DNA from: an uncultured Acidobacteriota bacterium
GTDB taxonomy: Bacteria; Acidobacteriota; Thermoanaerobaculia; UBA5066; Gp7-AA6
Direction of reading: 5' to 3'
NCBI GenBank assembly: GCA_963764715.1
Contig: CAVXTP010000015.1
Location: 1-64,000, forward strand
DNA: 64,000 bases
This document shows, in pieces, positions 52,338 through 61,920 of this stretch. A program made the translations under genes and the position numbers. The notes under the pieces are model-generated. The model saw only the letters and a program-made list of their open reading frames with translations, did not search any database and was not told where the DNA came from. How positions within the stretch are numbered: the stretch's first letter is position 1; every line of letters starts with the position of its first letter.

Positions 52338-53053
52338 CCCAGAATCGCCTCGACGGCGCGTGCGGTGTCCGAGAAGTCCGGCAGCAGGGCGTCGGGGCCC
52401 TCGGCGCCGAGCCGCTCGACGCTCGTGATTCCCGTCGCGACCGCGACCGCCCGCACGCCGAGCGCGCGCCCGCAGGCGACGTCGTGCACCGAGTCGCCGA
52501 CGATCACGATCGACTTCCCGGCGTAACGCCGGCCCGTGTGCGCCAGGGCCCGCTCGACCGCCACGGGCGGAAGCGTGTAGCGGTCGGCGGAGTCGCTGCC
52601 GTAGGCGCCGAACGGGAAGTACCGGTTGTAGTCGGGCGGAGCGAGCTTCAACCGCGCGCCGCGCTCGAGGTTCCCGGTCAGGAGGCCGAGCGTCACCCGG
52701 GGCTCCGAGGCGAGACGCTGGAGCAGCGGGGTGATCCCGGGCTTGGGTACGACGACGCCGGGGACGAGGCCCCGCTCGAGCTCCTCGAGGTAGAGGTCGA
52801 GGGCGCGCGCGAGCCCCGCCTCGAAGCGCTCGGGACCGACGTCCTCCGCCACGAGCTCGCGGACGATCTGCGGGTCGGTCTTGCCCGAGAAGTCGAACCG
52901 GCCGCGGTCCTGGTGGACCTCGCCGGCCTTCCAGCCGAACGCCGTTTCGAGCGCCTTCAGGATCGAGTCGCGCGCCACCCGGCCCGCCGAAAGGAGGGTT
53001 CCGTCGATGTCGAAAAGAACGAGTTTGTGGCCGTTGAGGGATGGCTCAGACAT
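52334..53053 (-). CDS. HAD-family hydrolase
   Basis: FDIDGTL, LLTGN and IVGDSVHD motifs. Confidence 0.93.
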   Translation of the reverse strand: MSEPSLNGHKLVLFDIDGTLLSAGRVARDSILKALETAFGWKAGEVHQDRGRFDFSGKTDPQIVRELVAEDVGPERFEAGLARALDLYLEELERGLVPGVVVPKPGITPLLQRLASEPRVTLGLLTGNLERGARLKLAPPDYNRYFPFGAYGSDSADRYTLPPVAVERALAHTGRRYAGKSIVIVGDSVHDVACGRALGVRAVAVATGITSVERLGAEGPDALLPDFSDTARAVEAILG

Positions 53054-53976
53054 CACTCCGCATCATATTCAAAGCGCCGACCGTGCCACCGGAGGATGTC
53101 CATCATCGCCCCCCGCCAGTACTTCCAGTCGTGCGTGCCGGGCTCGATGACGACCGTCGTCGGGACGCCCCGCTCGTTCAGGAGCATGCCGTACTGGGCG
53201 GCGACACGCTCGAGCCCGTAGATGTCCTCGGAGCCGCCGCGCATGTGGACAACGAAAGGCGGCGCGACGAAGCAGCGGCCCCACAGGACGTTCCACGCGT
53301 CGTTCTCGTCCAGCGAATTGTCATGCGCGTCCTCGCCGAAGATCCGCTTCAACGAGTACCGTGCGACGAAGTTGTAGCGCTTGAGGTCCTCCCACCCGAA
53401 GGGGATCAGCGCCCCCGAGAGCGACGAGACCGACCCGTACAGGTCCGGGTGGCGGAGCGCGGACTTGACGGCGCCGTAGCCTCCCATCGAAATCCCCGTG
53501 ATGCCGCGGCTCGCCTGGCCGGTCAGGACCCGGTACCGGGAGGCGACCCAGAGCGGCAGGTCGGCCGTGAGGAACTTCTCGTAGAGCATCTTTCCGTCGT
53601 GCGAGTCGGAGAACCAGCTTCCCGAGCCGTCCGGCGCGACGATCAGGAACTCGGGCAGCCGGCCGTCGCGCATCCGCTCGAGCGCGTCCGCGGCGACGCC
53701 GCGCCGCTCGAGCGTCCGGCCGTCGCCGTAGCCGTCGTGCAGAAAATAGAGGACCGGGTAGCGCCGCGAGGGCGACGCGGCGTACGAGGGCGGAAGGATC
53801 ACCAGGCAGCGGACGGCCGAGGGCATCGAGGACGTCTGGACCCGTTCGTAGCTGATGCCCGGCGCCCCGCCGGCGGCGCGCGACGCGGCCGCGAGCAGCA
53901 AGGCGAACGCGACGATCCGAACCCGAACCCGGACGGTCCGGGCCGGCCAGGGCGCGCCGCGCTCCCGCGCTTCCAT
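53053..53976 (-). CDS. Putative esterase (alpha/beta hydrolase)
   Basis: YPVLYFLH, GISMGG and GTHDWKYW motifs. Confidence 0.9.
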   Translation of the reverse strand: MEARERGAPWPARTVRVRVRIVAFALLLAAASRAAGGAPGISYERVQTSSMPSAVRCLVILPPSYAASPSRRYPVLYFLHDGYGDGRTLERRGVAADALERMRDGRLPEFLIVAPDGSGSWFSDSHDGKMLYEKFLTADLPLWVASRYRVLTGQASRGITGISMGGYGAVKSALRHPDLYGSVSSLSGALIPFGWEDLKRYNFVARYSLKRIFGEDAHDNSLDENDAWNVLWGRCFVAPPFVVHMRGGSEDIYGLERVAAQYGMLLNERGVPTTVVIEPGTHDWKYWRGAMMDILRWHGRRFEYDAE

Positions 53977-54013
53977 CGCCGGATCATAGGCCGGACCCCG
54001 ATACACTGGAGCC

Positions 54014-54493
54014 GTGGCGGACCTGGAACGAATGCCCAAAGAGCTGCATCGCGCCCTGGCGGGCGACGGGTTCCGGCGGCGCCGACGCCAGGTCCTGCCC
54101 CTCCTGACGACCGATCCCGAAGGATTCCCGCGCGTCGCCCTCCTGACCCTCGCGGAGATCCGGGCAAACTCTCCGAGCGAGCTCTGCGTCGCCGTCCGCG
54201 CCGGCAGCCGCACCGCGTTCAACCTCGTCCGCCGCGGCACCGCGACCGTTCTCTATCTCCACCGCCTCCTGACCGCGTCGGTCCAGGCGCGGGCGGGCCG
54301 AGCGCGCGTCTGCGGGACGGACCCCGGCCGCCAGCTCTTCCCGCTCCGCGTCGAGCGGGTCCGCGTCGATCGCCCCGACGCCGCGGAGGGACGCGTGGCG
54401 CTCCTGACGGGGCCGACGTTCGGCGGCGCCGACGCCAACGGCCTCTTTTCCGACGAGCTCTTCGCGGAGCTCGGAAAGGCGACACCCGAATGA
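54014..54493 (+). CDS. Pyridoxamine 5'-phosphate oxidase-like split-barrel protein
   Basis: LLTTDPEGFPRVA, SRTAFNLVRRG. Confidence 0.72.
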   Translation: MADLERMPKELHRALAGDGFRRRRRQVLPLLTTDPEGFPRVALLTLAEIRANSPSELCVAVRAGSRTAFNLVRRGTATVLYLHRLLTASVQARAGRARVCGTDPGRQLFPLRVERVRVDRPDAAEGRVALLTGPTFGGADANGLFSDELFAELGKATPE

Positions 54494-55221
54494 CGTTTCA
54501 GGACCGCACCGTGCTCGTGACGGGCGCCGGCCGCGGCATCGGCCGCTCGATCGCCCTGCGGTTCGCCGAGGAGGGCGCGCGCGTCGCCCTCGTCGCGCGG
54601 ACGCTCGCCGATCTCGAGGAAACCGCGGCGCGCATGTCTTCGTCCGGGGGACGCGGCCTCGCCATCTGCGGCGACATCACCGTGCCGGGCTTCGCCGAAG
54701 AGTGCGTCGCCCGCACGGAGAGCGAGATCGGCCCCGTCGACGTCCTCGTCAACAACGCGGGCGTCTTCATCTGGCGCCCGTTCCTCAAGATGAGCCCGGC
54801 CGACTGGGACCGCGTGATCGCGACGAACCTGAGCGGGGCCGCGGCGTTCTGCCGCGCCGTCCTGCCCGGGATGGTCGAGCGCCGGCGAGGGCGCATCGTC
54901 AACGTTTCGTCCATTCACGGAATGCGCGGCGACGCCAACGTCGCCGCCCAGGCGGCCGCCAAGTTCGGCCTCATCGGACTGACCCAGAGCCTCGCCCGCG
55001 AGTTCCGCTCCCACAACATCGCGGTCAACGCCGTCTGCCCCGGCACCGTCGAGAACAAGAAGGAGGAGGGCGAGGCGGTCCACGCCGAGCCCCTCGCCGA
55101 GAAGCTCTGGCCGAAGGACGTCGCCCGGGCCGTGCTGTTTCTCGCCTCCGACGACGCCGCCGCGATCACCGGCACCGCGCTCGAGGTCTTCGGCGGGACG
55201 CACCTGACGATCCAGCCGTAG
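54490..55221 (+). CDS. Short-chain dehydrogenase/reductase
   Basis: TGAGRGIG and NNAG motifs. The catalytic motif reads QAAAK rather than YxxxK. Confidence 0.92.
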   Translation: MTFQDRTVLVTGAGRGIGRSIALRFAEEGARVALVARTLADLEETAARMSSSGGRGLAICGDITVPGFAEECVARTESEIGPVDVLVNNAGVFIWRPFLKMSPADWDRVIATNLSGAAAFCRAVLPGMVERRRGRIVNVSSIHGMRGDANVAAQAAAKFGLIGLTQSLAREFRSHNIAVNAVCPGTVENKKEEGEAVHAEPLAEKLWPKDVARAVLFLASDDAAAITGTALEVFGGTHLTIQP

Positions 55222-55317
55222 GCGAAACGCGGAACCGCGGCGACGGACCGGCCGCCGCCGCGGTCGTGAAACCCAATCACACTGGTCAGCCCGGGAAACC
55301 GCCTTGGCCGTGGGCGC

Positions 55318-56634
55318 TCATCGCTGCGCCGTGAAGAACTCCGCCGGAGGGATCGGGTCGAAGCCGTCGTTGGTCTGGGCGAAGGCGTTCGCGCTGCCGA
55401 CGATCTCCAGCCGATTCCCGGTGCCGAGGCCCCCCGCCGAGTGCGCATACTGGTTCGCGCGGAGTCCGCTGCCGGACGCCTGACGCATTACGACGTGCAC
55501 GGTGTTTTCATCCCCCGGAGAGACGCTCGGGACGAACGTTGCAGCCCCGAGCAACTCCAGGTCCGCAACCGTCGTCTGAAGGAGCGTCCCCTGAAGATCG
55601 AGCTCGAGGCGGTTCCCGGAGCTCGATTCGGAAAGGAGACTCATCCGCACGCTCCCGGCGGCGGATACACCCAGCCCGAAGCCCTCAATGCGATCGTCAG
55701 TGGAATGAAGCCGCAGCGAATTGGAAGTCGTGGCCTGTGACACTAGACCAGGAAGCGGAGCGCCCGTTCCGCCCAATAGGTTCCAGCCGATCGCCGCCGG
55801 CACGGAACTGTCCGACCGATACAGGTTCCGGCGGGACTGGATAATCGTGCTCGATCCGGTCACGCCATCCGGTCGGCTGATGCCGCCGCCCGCATCCAAC
55901 CCTCCGCCGATCGTGTTGTCCTCGAGGTCGAGGTCGATCCCGGCGTGCGATGCAAAGTTGAACGCGAAGATGCCGGTCCCTGCACCCGGTGAGCGCACGA
56001 TCGAACGCGCCATTTGCAGCCGGAGCTCGGCGCCGTCGTGAGGAGGCGGCTCGAAGCCCAGATTCGGATTGGTCGTGTAGACCACCACTCCGCGGCCTGT
56101 GGGGCCCCGCGGCGTTCTCCCCGGCGGGTTGGGATTGACGATCTCGCACTCCTCGATGTGCACGGAAACGAAATCCCCGGCCGCTCTCGAAACCACGGCG
56201 ACGGGGTTTCCCGTTTGCCTGCCCGGAACGTCCTCGATGACGAGACCTCGTACGGTGGTGCCATCGCCGAGCGTCAGGACGTCCCCCACGAGAGCCGCGG
56301 TGCTCCGGAGGAGCGTTCGGCCGGACGGCTCGAATCCGGTCGGCAGCCCCGAATCGTCGAAGCTCATGACGCCCTCGCCGGCCAACGTTGCTTGATCCGG
56401 CAGGGTCAGCGCGTGGCTCAGATCGTAATCGCCGGCGCGAACGACGATCTGCGCTCCCGCATTGGACGGCGTGAGTGCCGCCTCCAGCTCGGCTGTGGTC
56501 GTGACGACGAAGGTCGCCGTGGGCCCGTTGGGCCGAGCCTGGGCATCACCCGGAAGAAGCGACGAGGCCAGGCAGGCCGAGACGATCCAGAAACCCGAGG
56601 TCGCCCGTTTCACACAGCGCCGAGTCCGGTTCAT
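55318..56634 (-). CDS. Secreted hypothetical protein, probable beta-helix
   Basis: Long ORF, AGGAGG RBS, signal peptide, and a VTTTAELEAAL...VRAGDY opening typical of pectin-lyase-like folds. Confidence 0.7.
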   Translation of the reverse strand: MNRTRRCVKRATSGFWIVSACLASSLLPGDAQARPNGPTATFVVTTTAELEAALTPSNAGAQIVVRAGDYDLSHALTLPDQATLAGEGVMSFDDSGLPTGFEPSGRTLLRSTAALVGDVLTLGDGTTVRGLVIEDVPGRQTGNPVAVVSRAAGDFVSVHIEECEIVNPNPPGRTPRGPTGRGVVVYTTNPNLGFEPPPHDGAELRLQMARSIVRSPGAGTGIFAFNFASHAGIDLDLEDNTIGGGLDAGGGISRPDGVTGSSTIIQSRRNLYRSDSSVPAAIGWNLLGGTGAPLPGLVSQATTSNSLRLHSTDDRIEGFGLGVSAAGSVRMSLLSESSSGNRLELDLQGTLLQTTVADLELLGAATFVPSVSPGDENTVHVVMRQASGSGLRANQYAHSAGGLGTGNRLEIVGSANAFAQTNDGFDPIPPAEFFTAQR

Positions 56635-56878
56635 TCGAATCCTCCTGTCGGGACGCTTTGAGATTCGCCCGATTCTCAATGTGTGCCCGATGGACGACGG
56701 GCGTTACTTCACCGCCACTTTCCGGCGCGAAGGAGAATCTGCCTTCCCGAGTGGAAGTAACCCCGCCTCGCGAGGACCGGTCGATCCGAGGGTGCGGGCG
56801 CGCAACCTCACCTCGGGATTTGCGTAGTAATCTCCCGCGGGCCCTGGCCCTTCGATACCCTTGCGCACGGAGGAATTC

Positions 56879-57649
56879 ATGCGGAGACTCACCGGAATCC
56901 TCGGCGGCCTTGCGCTCTCCCTGACTGCCACTCTTCCCGCCCAGACCGCAACGGCGCCGCCGCCGCAAAGCGCCGACGAGATCGTCGCGAACTACGTCAA
57001 GACGATCGGCGGCATGGAAAAGATCGACGCCATCAAGTCCCTGAAGAAGACCGGCCGTTACACCGGAGGGGGCGGGTACGAAATCCGGGTCGTCGAGGAG
57101 AGCAAGCGGCCGGACCTCGTGCGGCAGGAGACGTTTCTCCAGGGGATGGTCGGGGTCACGGCCTGGGACGGCAAGACCGGCTGGAAGATCGAGCCCTGGG
57201 AGGGCAAAAAGGACGTCGAGCCGCTCGGCGAGGAGGAGCTCAAGCAGATCGTCGAGGACTCCGACTTCGACGGTCCGCTCGTCCATTACAAGGAGAAGGG
57301 CAACTCGGTCGAGCTCGCGGGCACCGAGCCCGTCGAGGGGACCGACGCTTTCAAGCTCAAGGTCACGCTCAAGAACGGGGACGTGCGCTTCTACTTCATG
57401 GACACGGACTACTTCGTTCCGATCAAGATCGAGACGAAGCGAATGATCCGGGGCGCGGAGCGCGAATCGGAGACCTCGCTCGGCGACTACAAGGAAGTCG
57501 CGGGCGTCTACATGCCCCACTCCTTCGAGACCGGCGCGAAGGGAAGCACCCGCCGGGCCAAGGTCGTCTACGACCGCATCGAGGCCAACGTACCGCTCGA
57601 CGACGCCCTGTTCCATCCCCCCGCGCCTCCGGCCGGGGCGGCGAAGTGA
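56879..57649 (+). CDS. Secreted LolA-like (outer-membrane lipoprotein-sorting type) protein
   Basis: Signal peptide, ADEIVANYVKTIGG, AWDGKTGW, DYKEVAGV.MPH, NVPLDDALF. Confidence 0.78.
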   Translation: MRRLTGILGGLALSLTATLPAQTATAPPPQSADEIVANYVKTIGGMEKIDAIKSLKKTGRYTGGGGYEIRVVEESKRPDLVRQETFLQGMVGVTAWDGKTGWKIEPWEGKKDVEPLGEEELKQIVEDSDFDGPLVHYKEKGNSVELAGTEPVEGTDAFKLKVTLKNGDVRFYFMDTDYFVPIKIETKRMIRGAERESETSLGDYKEVAGVYMPHSFETGAKGSTRRAKVVYDRIEANVPLDDALFHPPAPPAGAAK

Positions 57650-57657
57650 GGCCCGCC

Positions 57658-60600
57658 ATGAAGACGAAGACCTCCATCATCGGTTCCTCTCTCCTCGCCG
57701 TCGCCCTCGCGGCGCCCGCGCAGACCGCCGCGCCTTCCGCGACGGTCAAAGTCGACTCGGAAACGATCTCCGGCCTCGGCGCCCGCAACATCGGGTCGGC
57801 CACGATGAGCGGCCGCGTCGCGGCGATCGACGCGGTTCGCGACGGCGATCGGCTGACGGTCTTCATCGGAGCCGCGTCGGGCGGCGTCTGGAAATCGGTC
57901 AACGGCGGCACGACCTACAAGCCCGTCTTCGACAAGCAGCCCGTGCAGTCGATCGGGGCCGTCACGATCGATCCGACGAACCCGAAGGTGGTCTGGGTCG
58001 GCACCGGCGAATCCTGGACGCGCAACAGCGTCTCGATCGGTGACGGGATCTACAAGTCCGTCGACGGGGGCGAGAGCTGGACGAACGTCGGCCTCGGGGG
58101 CACCGAGCGGATCGTCAAGATCCTCGTCGACCCGACGGCGCCCGACACCGTGTACGCCTGCGCTCCCGGAAAGCTCTGGTCCGACAGCGACGATCGCGGC
58201 GTCTTCAAGACGACCGACGGCGGCAAGACCTGGACGAAGGTCCTGGCGGGCCGGAACCTCTCGACGGGCTGTTCGATGATCTCCCTCGACCGCAAGGATC
58301 CGAAGACGCTCTACGCCGGCATGTGGGACTTCCGGCGCAAAGGCTGGACCTTCCGCTCGGGCGGCGACGGCGAGAACGCCCCGAGCGCGAGCGGCCTCTT
58401 CAAGTCGCAGGACGGCGGCTCGACCTGGAACGAGCTCGACGAGAAGACCGTGAAGGGACTGCCGCCGAAGCCCTGGGGCCGCGTCGCGGTGACGCCCGCC
58501 CCCTCGAAGCCCAGCGTCGTCTACGCGTTCATCGAAGCCGCCGTTCCGAAGAACGGCCTCTACCGCTCCGACGACGCCGGCGCCACTTGGCAGGCGATGG
58601 ACCGCAGCCAGTTGATGGTCTGGCGCCCCTTCTACTTCGCCAACCTCATCGTGGACCCGAAGGACGAGAACAAGGTCTACAAGCCCGACCTCTCGCTCAT
58701 CGCCTCGAACGACGGGGGCAAGAGCTTCTCGGACATCGGAGGCGGGGCGCACGGCGACTTCCACGACGTCTGGATCGACCCGGCGAACACCGACCGTCTC
58801 ATCGCCGGCGACGACGGCGGCGTCTGGTATTCCTACGACGGCGGGAACAAGTGGTGGAAGGCGGACAACCTGCCGATCTCGCAGTTCTACCACGTGAGCG
58901 TCGACATGGAGCGGCCGTACAACGTGTACGGCGGATTGCAGGACAACAGCTCCTGGGTCGGCATGTCCGCGTACCCCGGCGGCATCACGAACGCCCAGTG
59001 GGAAAACATGTACGGCGGCGACGGCTTCTGGATGTTCGCCGACACCGCCGACTCGACCTACATCTACGCCGAGTCCCAGGGCGGAGAGATCGGGCGCGTC
59101 AACCGCAAGACGCACGAGACGCGGTCGATCAAGCCCCTCGCCGGCTACAAGGAAGGCAAGCTCCGCTACAACTGGAACACGCCGATCCACATGAGCCCGA
59201 CGCAGAAGGGCGTCGTGTACATCGGCGCGCAATATCTCTTCCGATCGCGCGACCACGGCCAGACGTGGGACCGCATCTCGCCGGACCTCACGACGAACGA
59301 TCCGGAGAAGCAGAAGCAGGAGCAGTCGGGCGGCGTCACGGTCGACAACTCGGCCGCCGAGATGCACACGACGATCTACGCCATCGCCGAATCGCCGCGG
59401 GACCCCAACCTCGTCTGGGTCGGCACCGACGACGGCAACCTGCAGCTGACCCGGGACGGCGGAAAGACCTGGACGAACCTCTCCGGCAACATCGCCGGGC
59501 TCCCGAAGAACGCGTGGGTGTCCTCGGTCGAGCCCGGCCACTTCGCCGCGGGGACGGCGTACGCCACCTTCGACCTCCACACGTCCGGCGACATGAAGCC
59601 GTACGTGTACCGGACGACCGACTTCGGCAAGACCTGGACGGCACTCGCGCCGGCCGACGGCTCGATGAAGGGCTACGCCCACGTCGTCAAGGAGGACCCG
59701 GTCGACGCCCGGCTCCTCTTCGTCGGCACCGAGCTCGGCCTCTGGGTCTCGCTCGACGGCGGAAAGCGCTGGGCCCAGTACAAGGGAGGCGATCTCCCGA
59801 ACGTCGCCGTCCGCGACCTCGCCGTGCACCCGCGCGACGCGTCGCTCGTCATCGCGACGCACGGGCGAGGCATCTGGATCGTCGACGACATCACGCCCCT
59901 GCGCTCCCTGACCGACGAAATGCTCGCGCGCGACGCGACGTTCGTGCCCGGACAACCCGTCGTCCAGCGCATTCGCGCGTTCGGCGGCTGGGGTTACGGC
60001 GACGCCTCGTTCGAAGCGCCCAATCCCCCGTCCGACGCCGAGATCGTCTACTACCAGAAGAAGCGGCACATCTTTGGCGACCTCAAGATCGAGGTCCTCG
60101 GCCCCGACGGCAAGCTGCTGACCACCCTGCCCACGAGCAAGCGCCGGGGCCTCTCGCGCTCGACCTGGTCCATGCGCCTCAAGGGTCCCCGCGTTCCCCC
60201 GGCGGCGACCGTGGCCTACGGCGCCAACCTCGGACCGCGCGTGCTGCCCGGGACCTACACGGTCCGCATGACGAAGGACAAGAAGGTCTACGAGACGAAG
60301 CTCCAGCTCGTTCCCGACCCGCGCTCCAAACACACGCCCGAGGACCGCAAGGCGCAGTTCGCTCTCGCCATGAAGCTCCACGGGATGCTCGGCGACATGA
60401 CGTTCGCCGTCGATCGCATCAACGGTGTCCGCTCGGCGCTCGAAGAGCGCGCCGGGAAACTCCCCGCGGGCGATCCGCTCGCCGCGCAGCTCCGGAAGGC
60501 TTCGTCGGACGCCGACACGCTCCGCCAGAAGATCGTCGCCACCAAGGAGGGCGGCATGATCACCGGCGAGGAACGCCTGCGCGAGTACCTGACCGATCTC

Positions 60601-60870
60601 TACTCGAGCGTCGTCTTCTACGAGGGCCGGCCCTCCGCGACGCAGGTCCAGCGCGCCGACGCGATCGGCCGGGAGCTTTCCGACGTCGTGAAGGATTTCG
60701 ACGCCTGGGCGGGCAAGGAGCTCGCGACGATCAACCAGGCTCTCGAGGCCAAGGGGGCTGCCCCGATCGAGCTCCTGACCCGCGAGAAGTGGGAAAAGGC
60801 CGCGGCCGACCCAGGTGGTGCGGGCGCCGCGGGCGCAATCGAAGAGGCGAGGTTCGGCGAGCGGGACTGA
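57658..60870 (+). CDS. Large secreted BNR-repeat / Vps10-sortilin-like glycosyl hydrolase family protein
   Basis: RNIGSATMSGRV, many SxDGGxTW boxes, GGLQDNS, ISPDLT. Confidence 0.9.
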   Translation: MKTKTSIIGSSLLAVALAAPAQTAAPSATVKVDSETISGLGARNIGSATMSGRVAAIDAVRDGDRLTVFIGAASGGVWKSVNGGTTYKPVFDKQPVQSIGAVTIDPTNPKVVWVGTGESWTRNSVSIGDGIYKSVDGGESWTNVGLGGTERIVKILVDPTAPDTVYACAPGKLWSDSDDRGVFKTTDGGKTWTKVLAGRNLSTGCSMISLDRKDPKTLYAGMWDFRRKGWTFRSGGDGENAPSASGLFKSQDGGSTWNELDEKTVKGLPPKPWGRVAVTPAPSKPSVVYAFIEAAVPKNGLYRSDDAGATWQAMDRSQLMVWRPFYFANLIVDPKDENKVYKPDLSLIASNDGGKSFSDIGGGAHGDFHDVWIDPANTDRLIAGDDGGVWYSYDGGNKWWKADNLPISQFYHVSVDMERPYNVYGGLQDNSSWVGMSAYPGGITNAQWENMYGGDGFWMFADTADSTYIYAESQGGEIGRVNRKTHETRSIKPLAGYKEGKLRYNWNTPIHMSPTQKGVVYIGAQYLFRSRDHGQTWDRISPDLTTNDPEKQKQEQSGGVTVDNSAAEMHTTIYAIAESPRDPNLVWVGTDDGNLQLTRDGGKTWTNLSGNIAGLPKNAWVSSVEPGHFAAGTAYATFDLHTSGDMKPYVYRTTDFGKTWTALAPADGSMKGYAHVVKEDPVDARLLFVGTELGLWVSLDGGKRWAQYKGGDLPNVAVRDLAVHPRDASLVIATHGRGIWIVDDITPLRSLTDEMLARDATFVPGQPVVQRIRAFGGWGYGDASFEAPNPPSDAEIVYYQKKRHIFGDLKIEVLGPDGKLLTTLPTSKRRGLSRSTWSMRLKGPRVPPAATVAYGANLGPRVLPGTYTVRMTKDKKVYETKLQLVPDPRSKHTPEDRKAQFALAMKLHGMLGDMTFAVDRINGVRSALEERAGKLPAGDPLAAQLRKASSDADTLRQKIVATKEGGMITGEERLREYLTDLYSSVVFYEGRPSATQVQRADAIGRELSDVVKDFDAWAGKELATINQALEAKGAAPIELLTREKWEKAAADPGGAGAAGAIEEARFGERD

Positions 60871-60874
60871 ACCT

Positions 60875-60905
60875 TTGACATCTGATGCGAAACTAAATAG
60901 CATCA
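60875..60905 (+). promoter_or_regulatory. Sigma70 promoter with overlapping palindromic operator of the TA operon
   Basis: TTGACA-N17-TAGCAT; inverted repeat TGATGC...GCATCA. Confidence 0.8.
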
Positions 60906-60911
60906 CACATC

Positions 60912-61178
60912 ATGCCGCGCACCACGGTCGACATCGACGGCCCGGTTCTGGAGGACCTGAAGCGGATCCAGAAGCGTGAGGGTAAGAGCCTGGGGCGGAC
61001 CGTCTCCGATCTGCTCGCAGAAGCCGTCTCCCGCTACGGCGGTTCCAGGAAGAAGCCGGCCGCGTTTCGCTGGATCTCGCGCCCCATGAAGGCGCGGGTC
61101 GATCTTGCCGACAAGGAGGCCGTGCGCGCCGCGGCGGACGCGGGATTGCTTCCGGACTTCTCCAAACCACGTCGTTGA
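60912..61178 (+). CDS. vapB: VapB-type antitoxin (ribbon-helix-helix)
   Basis: MPRTTVDID...KSLGRTVSDLL; overlaps the start of the PIN gene. Confidence 0.85.
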   Translation: MPRTTVDIDGPVLEDLKRIQKREGKSLGRTVSDLLAEAVSRYGGSRKKPAAFRWISRPMKARVDLADKEAVRAAADAGLLPDFSKPRR

Positions 61179-61618
61179 GCTACGCGATCGACGTCAACGT
61201 CCTGCTCTATGCCTCGGACGCATCGAGCCCGTTCTCCAAGCCCGCGCGAGCGTTTCTCGAAGAGTGCGCCGCCGGTCCCGAGGTCCTCTGCTTCGCCTGG
61301 CCGACCCTCGTCGCCTATCTGCGCCTCTCGACGCATCCCGCGGTTTTCGCGAGCCCGCTCTCGCCCGACGACGCGGAGGCGAACGTGCAATCGCTGCTGA
61401 CACTCCCCCACGTTCGAGTTCTCTCCGAGAAGGAGGGATTCTGGGACGTCTACCGCGGCGTCACCGGGGGCCTCGCCGTTCGCGGCAACGACGTGCCGGA
61501 CGCGCACCTCGCGGCGCTGCTGCGACAGAACGACGTCCCGACGCTCTATACGAACGATCGGGATTTCCGGAAGTACGCATTCCTAAAGGTTGTGAACCCG
61601 TTGAAGGATTCCGACTAG
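61175..61618 (+). CDS. vapC: VapC PIN-domain toxin
   Basis: IDVNVLLYA, VPDAHLAAL and TNDRDF motifs. Confidence 0.92.
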   Translation: MSYAIDVNVLLYASDASSPFSKPARAFLEECAAGPEVLCFAWPTLVAYLRLSTHPAVFASPLSPDDAEANVQSLLTLPHVRVLSEKEGFWDVYRGVTGGLAVRGNDVPDAHLAALLRQNDVPTLYTNDRDFRKYAFLKVVNPLKDSD

Positions 61619-61920
61619 CGTGCCGATCGACTGAGATCGAGCCATTCTTCCGCCGGTCCAGTACAGACCGGGCGGGATGACCCGTAACGATCGCCGCCCT
61701 GCGGGTACTTGGATCGCGAGTGGCGAGCACCGTCGGATCCAAGCCTGTCGACGCGCGGGGGGCGAGCTCCCCCGGGGATCTTCTGACCCGGGCTCAGACG
61801 ACGGCGCGACCCGGCCGGCAGGCCCCGGCCCGCGCGGCCCGCCTCGAGGTCGTGCCGGCTCCGGAACGGCGTCCCCCCCCTCCCCCCGCTCCCCCGCCGG
61901 CAAGACCCGCCTGCTCTAAG

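Noticed and set aside
57568-60906. Very long antisense or alternate-frame ORFs (e.g. 57568-60906 minus, 49647-52526 plus, 12038-14392 plus, 39197-41584 minus)
   Set aside because: These are shadow ORFs expected in high-GC DNA. They overlap genes with clear family motifs and have no recognisable motifs themselves.
61873-61898. Poly-C tract as a phase-variation switch or G-quadruplex upstream of the ECF sigma
   Set aside because: Homopolymer lengths are unreliable in this assembly, only three long G-runs are present, and the sigma start is uncertain.
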